Below are positions 23,138 through 32,000 of a DNA stretch of 32,000 nt, piece by piece. The notes under the pieces were generated by a model that searched no databases, had not been told where the DNA came from, and saw nothing but the letters and a program-made list of their open reading frames with translations. Both the position numbers and the translations under genes were made by a program. The stretch comes from an uncultured Candidatus Cenarchaeum sp. Lineage in GTDB: Archaea; Thermoproteota; Nitrososphaeria; Nitrososphaerales; Nitrosopumilaceae. Position 1 is the stretch's first letter, and every line of letters begins with the position of its first letter. Where the stretch lies: contig OY282369.1 of the NCBI GenBank assembly GCA_958295735.1, positions 2,114,983 to 2,146,982 on the forward strand, given 5' to 3'.

Positions 23138-25111
23138 TTATGGCGGGCCTGCCGCATCCCTGTCGGCTTTGGATATCCTGTTGAGCAACGTCGCCAGCCT
23201 TGTGACGCCTTTGTTTTTTTCAACATAGTCGCCGTACGCATTGCGTGCGCTTTCAATCAGCTGGTCGTAAAACACTATTCGCGCCCCGATCGCGTCAAGA
23301 ACATTCTGGATTTCTTCGCGCCTTTTCGAATTTTCCCAGTCTTTTGGAGGCCTGCCCAGCACGCAGATTACTTCGACCGGTTCTTCCTTGCCGAATCTTT
23401 CGAGGATCTCGGATGCTTCATCTCTGTATTCGTTGAGCTGCGCAAACAACCCCGTTATGTCCGTGCTCGCTTCCGGGCGCTTCAACTCTATTATGACGTG
23501 CTTGTTCCCGGTCGTCCTGTACTGGATGTCCAGCCTGGCGCGCTTCTCCTCGTCGGTAAGCCCCTCGATCGCGCCGCCCAGCGCTTTTTTCATGCCGGAT
23601 TCCATGGCTTCCGGGGCGGAGGCCCTCTCCCAGGAGGGATCCAGGAGCCACAGGTGATCGAACAGGTGCTTTTGGATGATTTTTTCCTTCGCGTTCTGAT
23701 CGCGCAAGTCGATGAACTTCTCGAGCACCTTCAGGCGGGTTTTGGCGGTCTGGTAGTACGCGCTGGCTTCCAAGTCGTCGATCTGCGGGAGCAGCTCCGC
23801 CAGGACCTCCAGGTTGCTGACGTCGATGTCGTCCAGGCGGTCTAGCGCGTCCCTGAGTTTGAGGTTCTCGAACGCCAGCATTCCGCTCACGAACAGCTGC
23901 CTCCTCGCATCGTCGCCGTCCAGCGCCAGGGCGTTGATGCGCCCGAAGATCCTCTCCGCCGGTTTCCTGTGGCGCGGGGGCAGGCCGTCGAACCACTCGC
24001 GGATCGCCGGCATTTCCAGCGCCGCCCCGGCGCCTTCCTCGTTCCTTAATTCCGCCCACTTTGCCCTTACGGTCTTGACGTCCCGCCGGAGTTTTTCCTT
24101 CAGCGCCCCGTACCTGGGATCGTCCTCTATGATAAGATGCCTGCCGGTCGTCGCGATGTCCGGCATGTCGTCCCTGTCCAGGAAATCCGCGTATATCTCC
24201 CCGACCACGTGCCTGTCGCACGCTCCCCCTCCGAGGGAGCCCGGCACGCCTTCCTGGGCCATTTTCCCCCTGATCAGGACGGCGATCCTGTTGAAGCTCC
24301 CGCCGCCGGCATCGTCCTCCAGCTGGCTCGGCTTTTCCACGGTCCCTATCCAGCCGCCGACGCGCTCCGTGATGCCGCCCGCCTCGACCTCGGGATCCAG
24401 GCGGAACGTCCTGGACGCCGACCCGGGGAACTCGCCGCGGCCGTCCCCGCCGAAGAGCCACGCGTACTGCAGTTTTCCGCGGCAGTTCGCGTCTTCGGCG
24501 GCGATCTGCGTCCCGTCGACCGAGACTTCGAACCCGTGCGCGCCGCCGATGATGCCGAACCTGCGCGCGAGCCTCTCCCTCAGCGATTCCGGACGGAGCG
24601 CCCGCGGCCTGACGTCCGTCAAGGTGATGCGCGTCCCGGCTTCCAGGTCGCCGGCCGCCCCGACGTTCGGGGGGTGGTACGCGGGGGCCCCGCCGCGCAG
24701 CGCGCTTTCGATGTCCTTTGCCCTCATCTCGAACCCGTGGCTCTCGCCGTCCTTGGCGCTGTGCACCGTGACCGTACCGGCTATGGAGAACAGCGACAGT
24801 TTTCCTATCCCCTTGCGCCCCATCACGGGCCTGCCGCGGCGGGCGGTCCTCGCCTCCCCCATTTCCCGGCGCGCGTACCCGGAGCGCAGGTACTTCTCGT
24901 TGGCGTCGCTTATGGTCATCCCGCTCCCGTCGTCCTGTATGGTGATCGTCCCGCCCGGGCCCGTGCGTATATCGACGCGCCCCGCATCCGCGTCCCACGC
25001 GTTGGCGACGGCCTCGGCGAGGGCCGCGGGGATGCTGCCGTGCAGGCCCGCGCCCAGATGCCTGAGCGCGTCGAGGCCCACCCGCATGGTGTACGCGTGA
25101 TCGCCCGCCAT
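23138..25111 (-). CDS. GHKL ATPase / PD-(D/E)xK nuclease fusion, paralog 3 (657 aa), directly downstream of the intact dcm
   Basis: Same motifs as the other paralogs. I counted about 50 substitutions and no indels versus paralog 1. The start codon lies 16 nt after the dcm stop. Confidence 0.85.
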   Translation of the reverse strand: MAGDHAYTMRVGLDALRHLGAGLHGSIPAALAEAVANAWDADAGRVDIRTGPGGTITIQDDGSGMTISDANEKYLRSGYARREMGEARTARRGRPVMGRKGIGKLSLFSIAGTVTVHSAKDGESHGFEMRAKDIESALRGGAPAYHPPNVGAAGDLEAGTRITLTDVRPRALRPESLRERLARRFGIIGGAHGFEVSVDGTQIAAEDANCRGKLQYAWLFGGDGRGEFPGSASRTFRLDPEVEAGGITERVGGWIGTVEKPSQLEDDAGGGSFNRIAVLIRGKMAQEGVPGSLGGGACDRHVVGEIYADFLDRDDMPDIATTGRHLIIEDDPRYGALKEKLRRDVKTVRAKWAELRNEEGAGAALEMPAIREWFDGLPPRHRKPAERIFGRINALALDGDDARRQLFVSGMLAFENLKLRDALDRLDDIDVSNLEVLAELLPQIDDLEASAYYQTAKTRLKVLEKFIDLRDQNAKEKIIQKHLFDHLWLLDPSWERASAPEAMESGMKKALGGAIEGLTDEEKRARLDIQYRTTGNKHVIIELKRPEASTDITGLFAQLNEYRDEASEILERFGKEEPVEVICVLGRPPKDWENSKRREEIQNVLDAIGARIVFYDQLIESARNAYGDYVEKNKGVTRLATLLNRISKADRDAAGPP

Positions 25112-25127
25112 CGCTCCTCGGATTCCG

Positions 25128-26270
25128 CTATGCCCCTGCCCGCGACCCGCTCGCGGGGAACAGCGTGCGCTGGCCCGCCGGCAGCTCCGGATGCCGCACC
25201 GTGCTCCCGTCTCCGGCAGCGGCGGCTGCCTGACCGCCAGCAGCAGCCGGCAGCTCCAGATGCCGCACTATGCTCCTGCCTATGGCCCTCCCGAGCTCCA
25301 CCGGCACCGCATTCCCTATCAGCCTCGCCACGGGGTGGATGCTCACGCGCTCGTAGTCCGCCACGAACGAGTAGTTCTTCGGGAATGTCTGCAGCAGGGC
25401 CCCCTCGCGCAGGGATATGGCGCGGTGCTGCTCGGGATGCCCGAACCTGCCGGTCCCGAACCCGTAGAACTGCGTGGTGATGGTGGGCCCAGGCTTGTGC
25501 CATTCCATGCGGCCGTAGATGCTGCCGAACGTCTTGCCGGCATCCCTCCTGTGGCACGGGGTCCTGAGCCCCTCGTCCCAGTCGCGCCACGACCCGCCGG
25601 GCCTGGATTTGCGGATCCTCTCCAAGTTCTTGGCGGACAGGGCGCTCGCCTTGTGCAGGCGGTCCGTGCCGGACGACTCGCCGGCCCTGATCGGCTCCGT
25701 GTGGCGTATCGCATCCCAGACCGTCGCGCGCCTGCCGCGCTTCCCGCCCTGCAACCTTATGGGGCCCCGCCTCGACGCGAGGAGGACGAGCCGCCTCCTC
25801 GTCTGCGGGATGCCGTACTTGGCGCAGTTGACCGTCCTGTAGTCGTAACCGTAGCCCGCCCGCCTGAGCGCGCCGACGAACTTTTCGAACACCGGGTACT
25901 TCGCGAGCCCGGGGACGTTTTCCATGGCCACCACGTCCGGGAGCACCCGCTCCGCGAGGTCCCCGAACCTGGACAGCAGGTCCCGCTTGTTCCCGCCACG
26001 GCCGGAGGGGTTGTAGCACGAGAACGGCTGGCACGGGGCGCACCCCGCGAGGATCCTGGGGGAGCCCGGCGCGAACAGGGACTCCACGAACTCGGGCGTC
26101 AGGTCCTTGGCGTCCATTTCGACGAACCGCGCCTTGACGTTGGACTCGAACGGGTGCTTGCAGGCGGGATCGGAGTCTATCCCGGCGGCCACGTCGATCC
26201 CCGCCGACTTGAGCCCGTACGACAGCCCCCCCGCCCCGCAGAACAGATCCACCGCGCAGGGCCTGGCCAT
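25128..26270 (-). CDS. dcm: DNA (cytosine-5)-methyltransferase
   Basis: Motif I DLFCGAGG, motif IV PCQPFS, motif VI ENV, motif VIII QTRRR, motif X GNAVP. The start at MARPC (26270) is supported by CTTTAAT 25 nt upstream. The track extension to 26705 is low complexity. Confidence 0.9.
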   Translation of the reverse strand: MARPCAVDLFCGAGGLSYGLKSAGIDVAAGIDSDPACKHPFESNVKARFVEMDAKDLTPEFVESLFAPGSPRILAGCAPCQPFSCYNPSGRGGNKRDLLSRFGDLAERVLPDVVAMENVPGLAKYPVFEKFVGALRRAGYGYDYRTVNCAKYGIPQTRRRLVLLASRRGPIRLQGGKRGRRATVWDAIRHTEPIRAGESSGTDRLHKASALSAKNLERIRKSRPGGSWRDWDEGLRTPCHRRDAGKTFGSIYGRMEWHKPGPTITTQFYGFGTGRFGHPEQHRAISLREGALLQTFPKNYSFVADYERVSIHPVARLIGNAVPVELGRAIGRSIVRHLELPAAAGGQAAAAAGDGSTVRHPELPAGQRTLFPASGSRAGA

Positions 26271-26295
26271 CCCGGCGGCGGGCCGGCCCGCCCGC

Positions 26296-26302
26296 ATTAA
26301 AG
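26296..26302 (-). promoter_or_regulatory. TATA box (CTTTAAT) of dcm
   Basis: A/T island 25 nt upstream of ATG 26270 in otherwise GC-rich DNA. Confidence 0.5.
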
Positions 26303-26707
26303 GTGTAATGCTTCGGGCGGCATGGGGCCGCGCGCCCGCCGGCCGCAGGCGCGAAAACGCCCCCGCTGATCCGGATTCGCGCCTCGGGAGGAGGGAGGGG
26401 GGGGGGGCCGCCGGCCCCGCGCTTCGGGCATCCGCGGGGCGGCGCCCCCCGCGCCGAGCCCGCGCCGCCCGGCCGGGCGGCGGGATCCCCCCGATCGGCG
26501 GGCCCGGATCGGGGCGCTTCCGGCGGCCGCCGCGGCGCGCCGGGCGCTGCCGCCGCGCGGCGGGCAGGCGGCGGCGATCCCGGGAGGGCGCCCCCCCGCG
26601 CCCGGCCGGGCGCGGCGAGCCGGCATCGGCCCGCGCCGGGCGCCGGATCAGCGGCGCGGCGCGCCGGGCGATCCCGCCGCCCCGCGCGCCCGCCCCGGCC
26701 GGCAAGA

Positions 26708-26715
26708 CTTAATTT
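26708..26715 (+). promoter_or_regulatory. TATA box (CTTAATTT) of the AAA+ ATPase gene
   Basis: A/T island 22 nt upstream of ATG 26738. Confidence 0.5.
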
Positions 26716-26737
26716 GAGATCGGGGGGGCGCGGCGCG

Positions 26738-27580
26738 ATGCCGGCGCCGGCCTCCGGGGTGTACCTGGACTGGAACGAGTCGCTGCCCACGCTGGAGGCG
26801 GCGCGCGCCGCGGGCCTGTTCGCGCTGGTGATAGGCCCCAAGGGGACGGGCAAGACCACCCTGGTGAGGCGCTTCGCCGACTCGTCCTCCGCCGCGCTGG
26901 ACACGGTGAACTTTAGCCTGCGGACGCGGGAGAGCCACCTGGTGGGGGCCAAGACGCTCTCCGGCGGCTCGGTGGGGTTCGACGAGGGGCTGCTGGTCAG
27001 GTCGATGCGGGGGGGCGGCATGCTGTACCTCGACGAGGTGAACGCGGCCGAGGCCGACGTCCTGCTGAGGCTCGACGAGGCGCTGGACGACCGCAGGCAG
27101 CTGGTGCTCAAGGAGGCCGACGGCCGGACGGTGAGGGCGGCCCCCGGCTGGTTCGTGGTGGCATCGATAAACCCGCTCACCCACGCGGGGACCAAGGAAC
27201 TCCCGCCCCAGCTGCTCAGCCGCTTCCCCGTCCGGGTGAGCCTGGAGTACCCGCCGGAGGGCGTGGAGCTCGACATTGTGAGGAGGCACCTGGCGGCCCG
27301 CGGCGCGGGGCGGCAGCCCCCGGACGACGACCTGGCCATGGGCGTGCGCCTCGCCAACACCCTGAGGCAGGCGGCCGCCGTGGAAGAACTGGAGTACTCG
27401 CCGAGCCTGCGGGAGACCATATCGTACGCGGTGCTGGTCGGGGCCGGCATGCCGGCCGCCCGGGCGGCCCGCTCCGTCTTCGGCGACGTGTACGCCCAGT
27501 GGGGCGGGCTGGAGCACCGCAAGGTGGCCGACATCATCGGATCCATGTTCGGGGGCGGGGGCGGCGGCGCGGGGCCCTGA
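26738..27580 (+). CDS. MoxR-class AAA+ ATPase (AAA_5; CbbQ/NorQ-like)
   Basis: Walker A GPKGTGKT, Walker B MLYLDEVN, sensor ASINP, LLSRF. The ATG at 26738 is preferred over the TTG at 26714 because of the TATA spacing. Confidence 0.8.
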   Translation: MPAPASGVYLDWNESLPTLEAARAAGLFALVIGPKGTGKTTLVRRFADSSSAALDTVNFSLRTRESHLVGAKTLSGGSVGFDEGLLVRSMRGGGMLYLDEVNAAEADVLLRLDEALDDRRQLVLKEADGRTVRAAPGWFVVASINPLTHAGTKELPPQLLSRFPVRVSLEYPPEGVELDIVRRHLAARGAGRQPPDDDLAMGVRLANTLRQAAAVEELEYSPSLRETISYAVLVGAGMPAARAARSVFGDVYAQWGGLEHRKVADIIGSMFGGGGGGAGP

Positions 27581-27674
27581 GGCCCGCGGCGCGGGGCCGT
27601 GCCCCGGGACCGGCGCGCTGGTCGACATCGGCACGTTCCTGGCCAGGAGGTGGTCGGGCAACGCCCGCGCCACC

Positions 27675-29183
<1,509 letters not shown>

Positions 29184-29421
29184 GGCGCCCCGCGGCCCGG
29201 CCCCGGCGCCGCCGCTTCCGCGGTCCCTTGCCGGGGCGGGCTCCCGGCCGGCGGCGGCCCCCTCCCCGCGGGCGCGGGGCCCCGCGCCGGCCCCGGTACA
29301 CACTTACCTCCCCCCCCCCTCCCGCCGCGACTTGGCCGCCCGGGCGGGCCCGCGCGCCGCGCAAGCTTAGGCTGGCCTAAGGGTCGATTTGTATAATTGT
29401 GGCGAGTTTGGGCCTGCCGGC

Positions 29422-31152
29422 ATGGCGGAATCCGGGGTGGCGCTGCTGCGCAAGGAACTGGCGGCCGCGTTGGAAAAGATCGCCGGGCTGGAAGCCGAGG
29501 CCGCGGAGCGGGCGGCCGAGATCGCGATGCTGAAGGCCAAGTCCACGGAGCAGGCGCTGCTGCGCAAGGAACTTGCGGCCTCGCTCGAAAAGATCGCCGG
29601 GCTGGAAGCCGAGGCCGCGGAGCGGGCGGCCGAGATCGCGATGCTGAAGGCCAAGTCCACGGAGCAGGCGCTGCTGCGCAAGGAACTGGCGGCCGCGTTG
29701 GAAAAGATCGCCGGGCTGGAAGCCGAGAACTCCGGGCTGAAGGCCAAGGCCGCCGAGCAGGCGGTCAGGCTTGCCGTGTGCGACGGCCCGAACGCGCCCT
29801 CGTCGTCCCTCACCACGTACGGCCCCCGGCGGAACGCCTGGCGCAAGGAGCGGGGCTACAAGGGGAGCGACGGGGCCGGATCCGACGGCAAGCCCGCTCC
29901 GGACGGCGGCGCCCCGCGCAAGATGGGCCCGCCCCAAGGGCACAAGGGCGTCTCGCACTGCAACAAGCCCGAGTTCACCATGAAGTGCGGGATCCTGACG
30001 TGCCCCGTGTGCTGCGGCCCCCTGGAGAAGTTCGACAGGTGGCGAAAGCTGGTCAACGACTTCGATCAGTTCTGGCGCGTGGTCACCGCGATGATCGAGG
30101 TGGAGACGGGCTGGTGCGGCAAGTGCGAGAAGTACTACGAGGCCCAGGCGCCGTTTCCGAAGGGCACCTCGTGCGGCCCGAGGGCGCTCGGCCTCATAAT
30201 GGCGCTGTTCGAGATGGGCTGCACGGACGCGAGGATCGCCGGCTTTATCGAGTCCACGTTCTACTTCCGCATCTCGGAGGCGGCCGTGGCGAAGGCCAGG
30301 AGGGCCATGGCGGGCGCGTCGAAGAAGCAGCTGGAGGAGATCAAGTGGGCGTTCAGCGAGAGCATGTTCGTGCACATGGACGAGACCGGGTTCAAGATCG
30401 GCGTGCTGGGCAAGACCGGCTACGTCTGGGTGGCCGTCGTGGGCAACGCCGTGTGGGTGCACTTCGCGCCCACCCGGGGGGCGGCGGTCCTGAGGGAGCA
30501 CTTCGGCTGGCTGTCCCGCAGGGCGGTGGTGGCCGACGGGCTGCCGGCGTACCGCGCGTGGTTCCAGCATCTGCAGAGATGCTGCAGGCACCTGCTCGCC
30601 AAGGGCGAGGCCGTCGCCGTGGACGGCGACCCGGGGGACGAGGCGAGGCACGACTGGATGCAGGGGTACTACCACAAGATACACGGCATCAAGACGCTGG
30701 CGCCGTTCACCGTGACGTACCTGGCCAAGGAGTTCCACGACGCCGTGTCGGCGTACCCCGACGGCAAGCTGAAGACGCACCTCGCCAACGCCGAGCCGCA
30801 CGTGCTCACGTTCATGGGATTCCGCGGCATGCCGCCCCACAACAACCCCGCCGAGCTCGCCATACGCGACCTCATAGTGACGCAGCGCAACGCGCACCAC
30901 AAGATCTCCACGCCGGAGGGGCGCAAGACGTTCTCCGAGCTGGTCACGATCGGGGGCACCGCCCGCATGAACGGCATGTTCCCGGGCAGGGCCTTCACCG
31001 AGATCGCCCGCAATCGCGACTGGAAAATGTTCGACCCCGGCCCGTGGGCCGGGCCCGACTGGTGCGTCTTCGATGACCCCGCATCCGGGCTGGTGCGCCC
31101 GCCCGGCTCCGCGGCGGGGCGGGCGCCGGCTCCGGCAGCGGCGTCCGCCTGA
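29422..31152 (+). CDS. IS66-family transposase with an N-terminal coiled coil
   Basis: Motifs GPPQGHKG, CPVCCG/CGKCEK zinc-finger-like pairs, DETGF, ADGLPAYR, QRCCRHLL, HNNPAELAIR. ATG 29422 lies 23 nt downstream of TATAATT (29392-29398). Confidence 0.85.
   Translation: MAESGVALLRKELAAALEKIAGLEAEAAERAAEIAMLKAKSTEQALLRKELAASLEKIAGLEAEAAERAAEIAMLKAKSTEQALLRKELAAALEKIAGLEAENSGLKAKAAEQAVRLAVCDGPNAPSSSLTTYGPRRNAWRKERGYKGSDGAGSDGKPAPDGGAPRKMGPPQGHKGVSHCNKPEFTMKCGILTCPVCCGPLEKFDRWRKLVNDFDQFWRVVTAMIEVETGWCGKCEKYYEAQAPFPKGTSCGPRALGLIMALFEMGCTDARIAGFIESTFYFRISEAAVAKARRAMAGASKKQLEEIKWAFSESMFVHMDETGFKIGVLGKTGYVWVAVVGNAVWVHFAPTRGAAVLREHFGWLSRRAVVADGLPAYRAWFQHLQRCCRHLLAKGEAVAVDGDPGDEARHDWMQGYYHKIHGIKTLAPFTVTYLAKEFHDAVSAYPDGKLKTHLANAEPHVLTFMGFRGMPPHNNPAELAIRDLIVTQRNAHHKISTPEGRKTFSELVTIGGTARMNGMFPGRAFTEIARNRDWKMFDPGPWAGPDWCVFDDPASGLVRPPGSAAGRAPAPAAASA
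29440..29727 (+). repeat. 114-bp (38-codon) in-frame tandem repeat, about 2.5 copies, inside the transposase coiled coil
   Basis: CGCTGCTGCG recurs at 29441, 29555 and 29669. The encoded unit is ALLRKELAAALEKIAGLEAEAAERAAEIAMLKAKSTEQ. Confidence 0.85.
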
Positions 31153-31475
31153 CCGGCCCCAGCGGATCTGCCGGGCGCGCGCGGGCGGCGTCAGCCCGCG
31201 TCAGGCATCGGGACGGAGCGCCGTACCGGGGCGGCCGCGCGCCGAAAATGCCCCGAACCCTGCCGCGATCGCGCGGCGCGCGCCGATCGGGGCAGGCCGG
31301 GCGCGCGGGGGGCGGCGCCCGCCCGCCGAAGGATCCCCGCTCCGGCCGCGATCGCGCGGCGCGCGCCGATCGGGGCAGCCCGGGCGCGCGGGGGGCGCCG
31401 GGAGGGGGGGGGGAGGTAAGTGTGTACCGGCCCCGCATGGCAAACGCTAAATGTGGCGCGGGCCGGGCCCGCCCC

Positions 31476-32000
31476 ATGTCGGGCGGGGATGGCGGCGCGC
31501 CGGCCGTCGACGAGGGCCTCCTGGAGAGGTTCAGGAGGGAGATCCTCGAGAAGGTCCCGCGCAGGAGCGCGCCGGATGCGCCGGTGGCCGATCCGACCCC
31601 CATGGTCGACCTCACGGCGGACGTGCTGGAGTGCGCCAGGAGCGTGTACAAGATGGACCTCTCGGACACGGGGATCCGGGTCCTCGCCAAGATGGACGGG
31701 GGCCTGCCGGCCGGCTCCATAAAGATGCGCCCGGCGGCGCACATCATACACGATGCCATAGCGACGGGCCGGCTGCGGTCGGGCCAGGCCGTCATAGAGG
31801 CCACGTCGGGGAACTTCGGGATAGCGCTCGGCCGCATGGCAAGGCTGGGCATACCGGTGGTGGCGCTCGTCTCCAGGCGGCTGCAGGAGGGGGTGTTCGA
31901 GGAGCTGAGGGGGGAGGGGGTCAGCGTGATAGACCTGGACATGGACGTCTGCCCCGCGCCGGGCATGGAGGGCAGCCGCGACGCCGCGGCGGCCAAGGCC
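31476..32000 (+). CDS. PLP-dependent enzyme of the tryptophan-synthase-beta/cysteine-synthase (PALP) fold, N-terminal part (runs off the window)
   Basis: My own translation of frame 3; the ORF is missing from the track because there is no stop before the window end. It reads ..LPAGSIKMRPAAHIIHDAI..VIEATSGNFGIALG.., with the lysine motif GS(I)K.R and SGN.G. ATG 31476 lies 23 nt downstream of CTAAAT (31447-31452). An alternative in-frame ATG is at 31437. Confidence 0.6.
   Translation, partial: MSGGDGGAPAVDEGLLERFRREILEKVPRRSAPDAPVADPTPMVDLTADVLECARSVYKMDLSDTGIRVLAKMDGGLPAGSIKMRPAAHIIHDAIATGRLRSGQAVIEATSGNFGIALGRMARLGIPVVALVSRRLQEGVFEELRGEGVSVIDLDMDVCPAPGMEGSRDAAAAKA

Larger units (their letters stand above)
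29296..31427. mobile_element. Intact IS66-family element (~2.1 kb), single ORF
   Basis: About 30-bp perfect terminal inverted repeats: GTACACACTTACCTCCCCCCCCCCTCCCG at 29296 onward and its reverse complement ending at 31427. They are flanked by the 8-bp direct repeat CGGCCCCG (29288-29295 and 31428-31435). Confidence 0.85.

Noticed and set aside
24916-27546. 876-aa minus-strand ORF spanning the dcm-AAA region, and the 525-aa version of dcm starting at 26705
   Set aside because: The ORF is a frame shadow of real genes joined to GC-rich intergenic DNA. dcm homology starts at MARPCAVDLFCGAGG, and a TATA box supports ATG 26270.

Overview
High-GC archaeal chromosomal segment. Archaeal markers are ribosomal protein S3Ae/eS1, a geranylgeranyl reductase and a DUF54-type protein. 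Short A/T-rich TATA islands sit about 20-25 nt upstream of start codons, which implies leaderless mRNAs. A high-GC thaumarchaeon is my guess only.

Layout, left to right:
- 1-4.8 kb: aromatic amino-acid genes (aroC 3' part, a chorismate mutase-aminotransferase fusion ORF, tyrA), a Nudix hydrolase and thiC.
- 5.3-8.8 kb: an accessory patch with a 1-kb low-GC orphan three-gene operon, a perfect 29-bp x 14.4 tandem array and a decayed IS66-like transposase gene.
- 9-13.5 kb: core genes (rps3ae, DUF54-like, geranylgeranyl reductase, GT-C glycosyltransferase).
- 14.3-26.3 kb: the most interesting block. One complete C5 DNA methyltransferase (dcm-like) is followed by three tandem ~3.1-kb units. Each unit carries a 657-658-aa GHKL-ATPase / PD-(D/E)xK-nuclease fusion gene, a stub of the dcm 3' end and a ~1-kb hyper-GC noncoding spacer. 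One unit is split by an IS4-family element.
- Within that block, the paralogous noncoding parts contain at least eight copy-specific 69-75-bp additions. Each is a 28-36-bp duplication of local sequence plus 35-44 bp of unrelated sequence, which is the geometry of CRISPR spacer acquisition. No cas genes or array are present in the window.
- 26.7-32 kb: a divergent MoxR-type AAA+ / vWA pair, an intact single-ORF IS66-family element (about 30-bp TIRs, 8-bp TSD) and the start of a PLP enzyme gene.

I saw no rRNA, tRNA or bona fide CRISPR array. Many long ORFs in the six-frame track are high-GC artefacts. Coordinates I derived by hand (starts, repeats, IS ends) may be off by a few nt.
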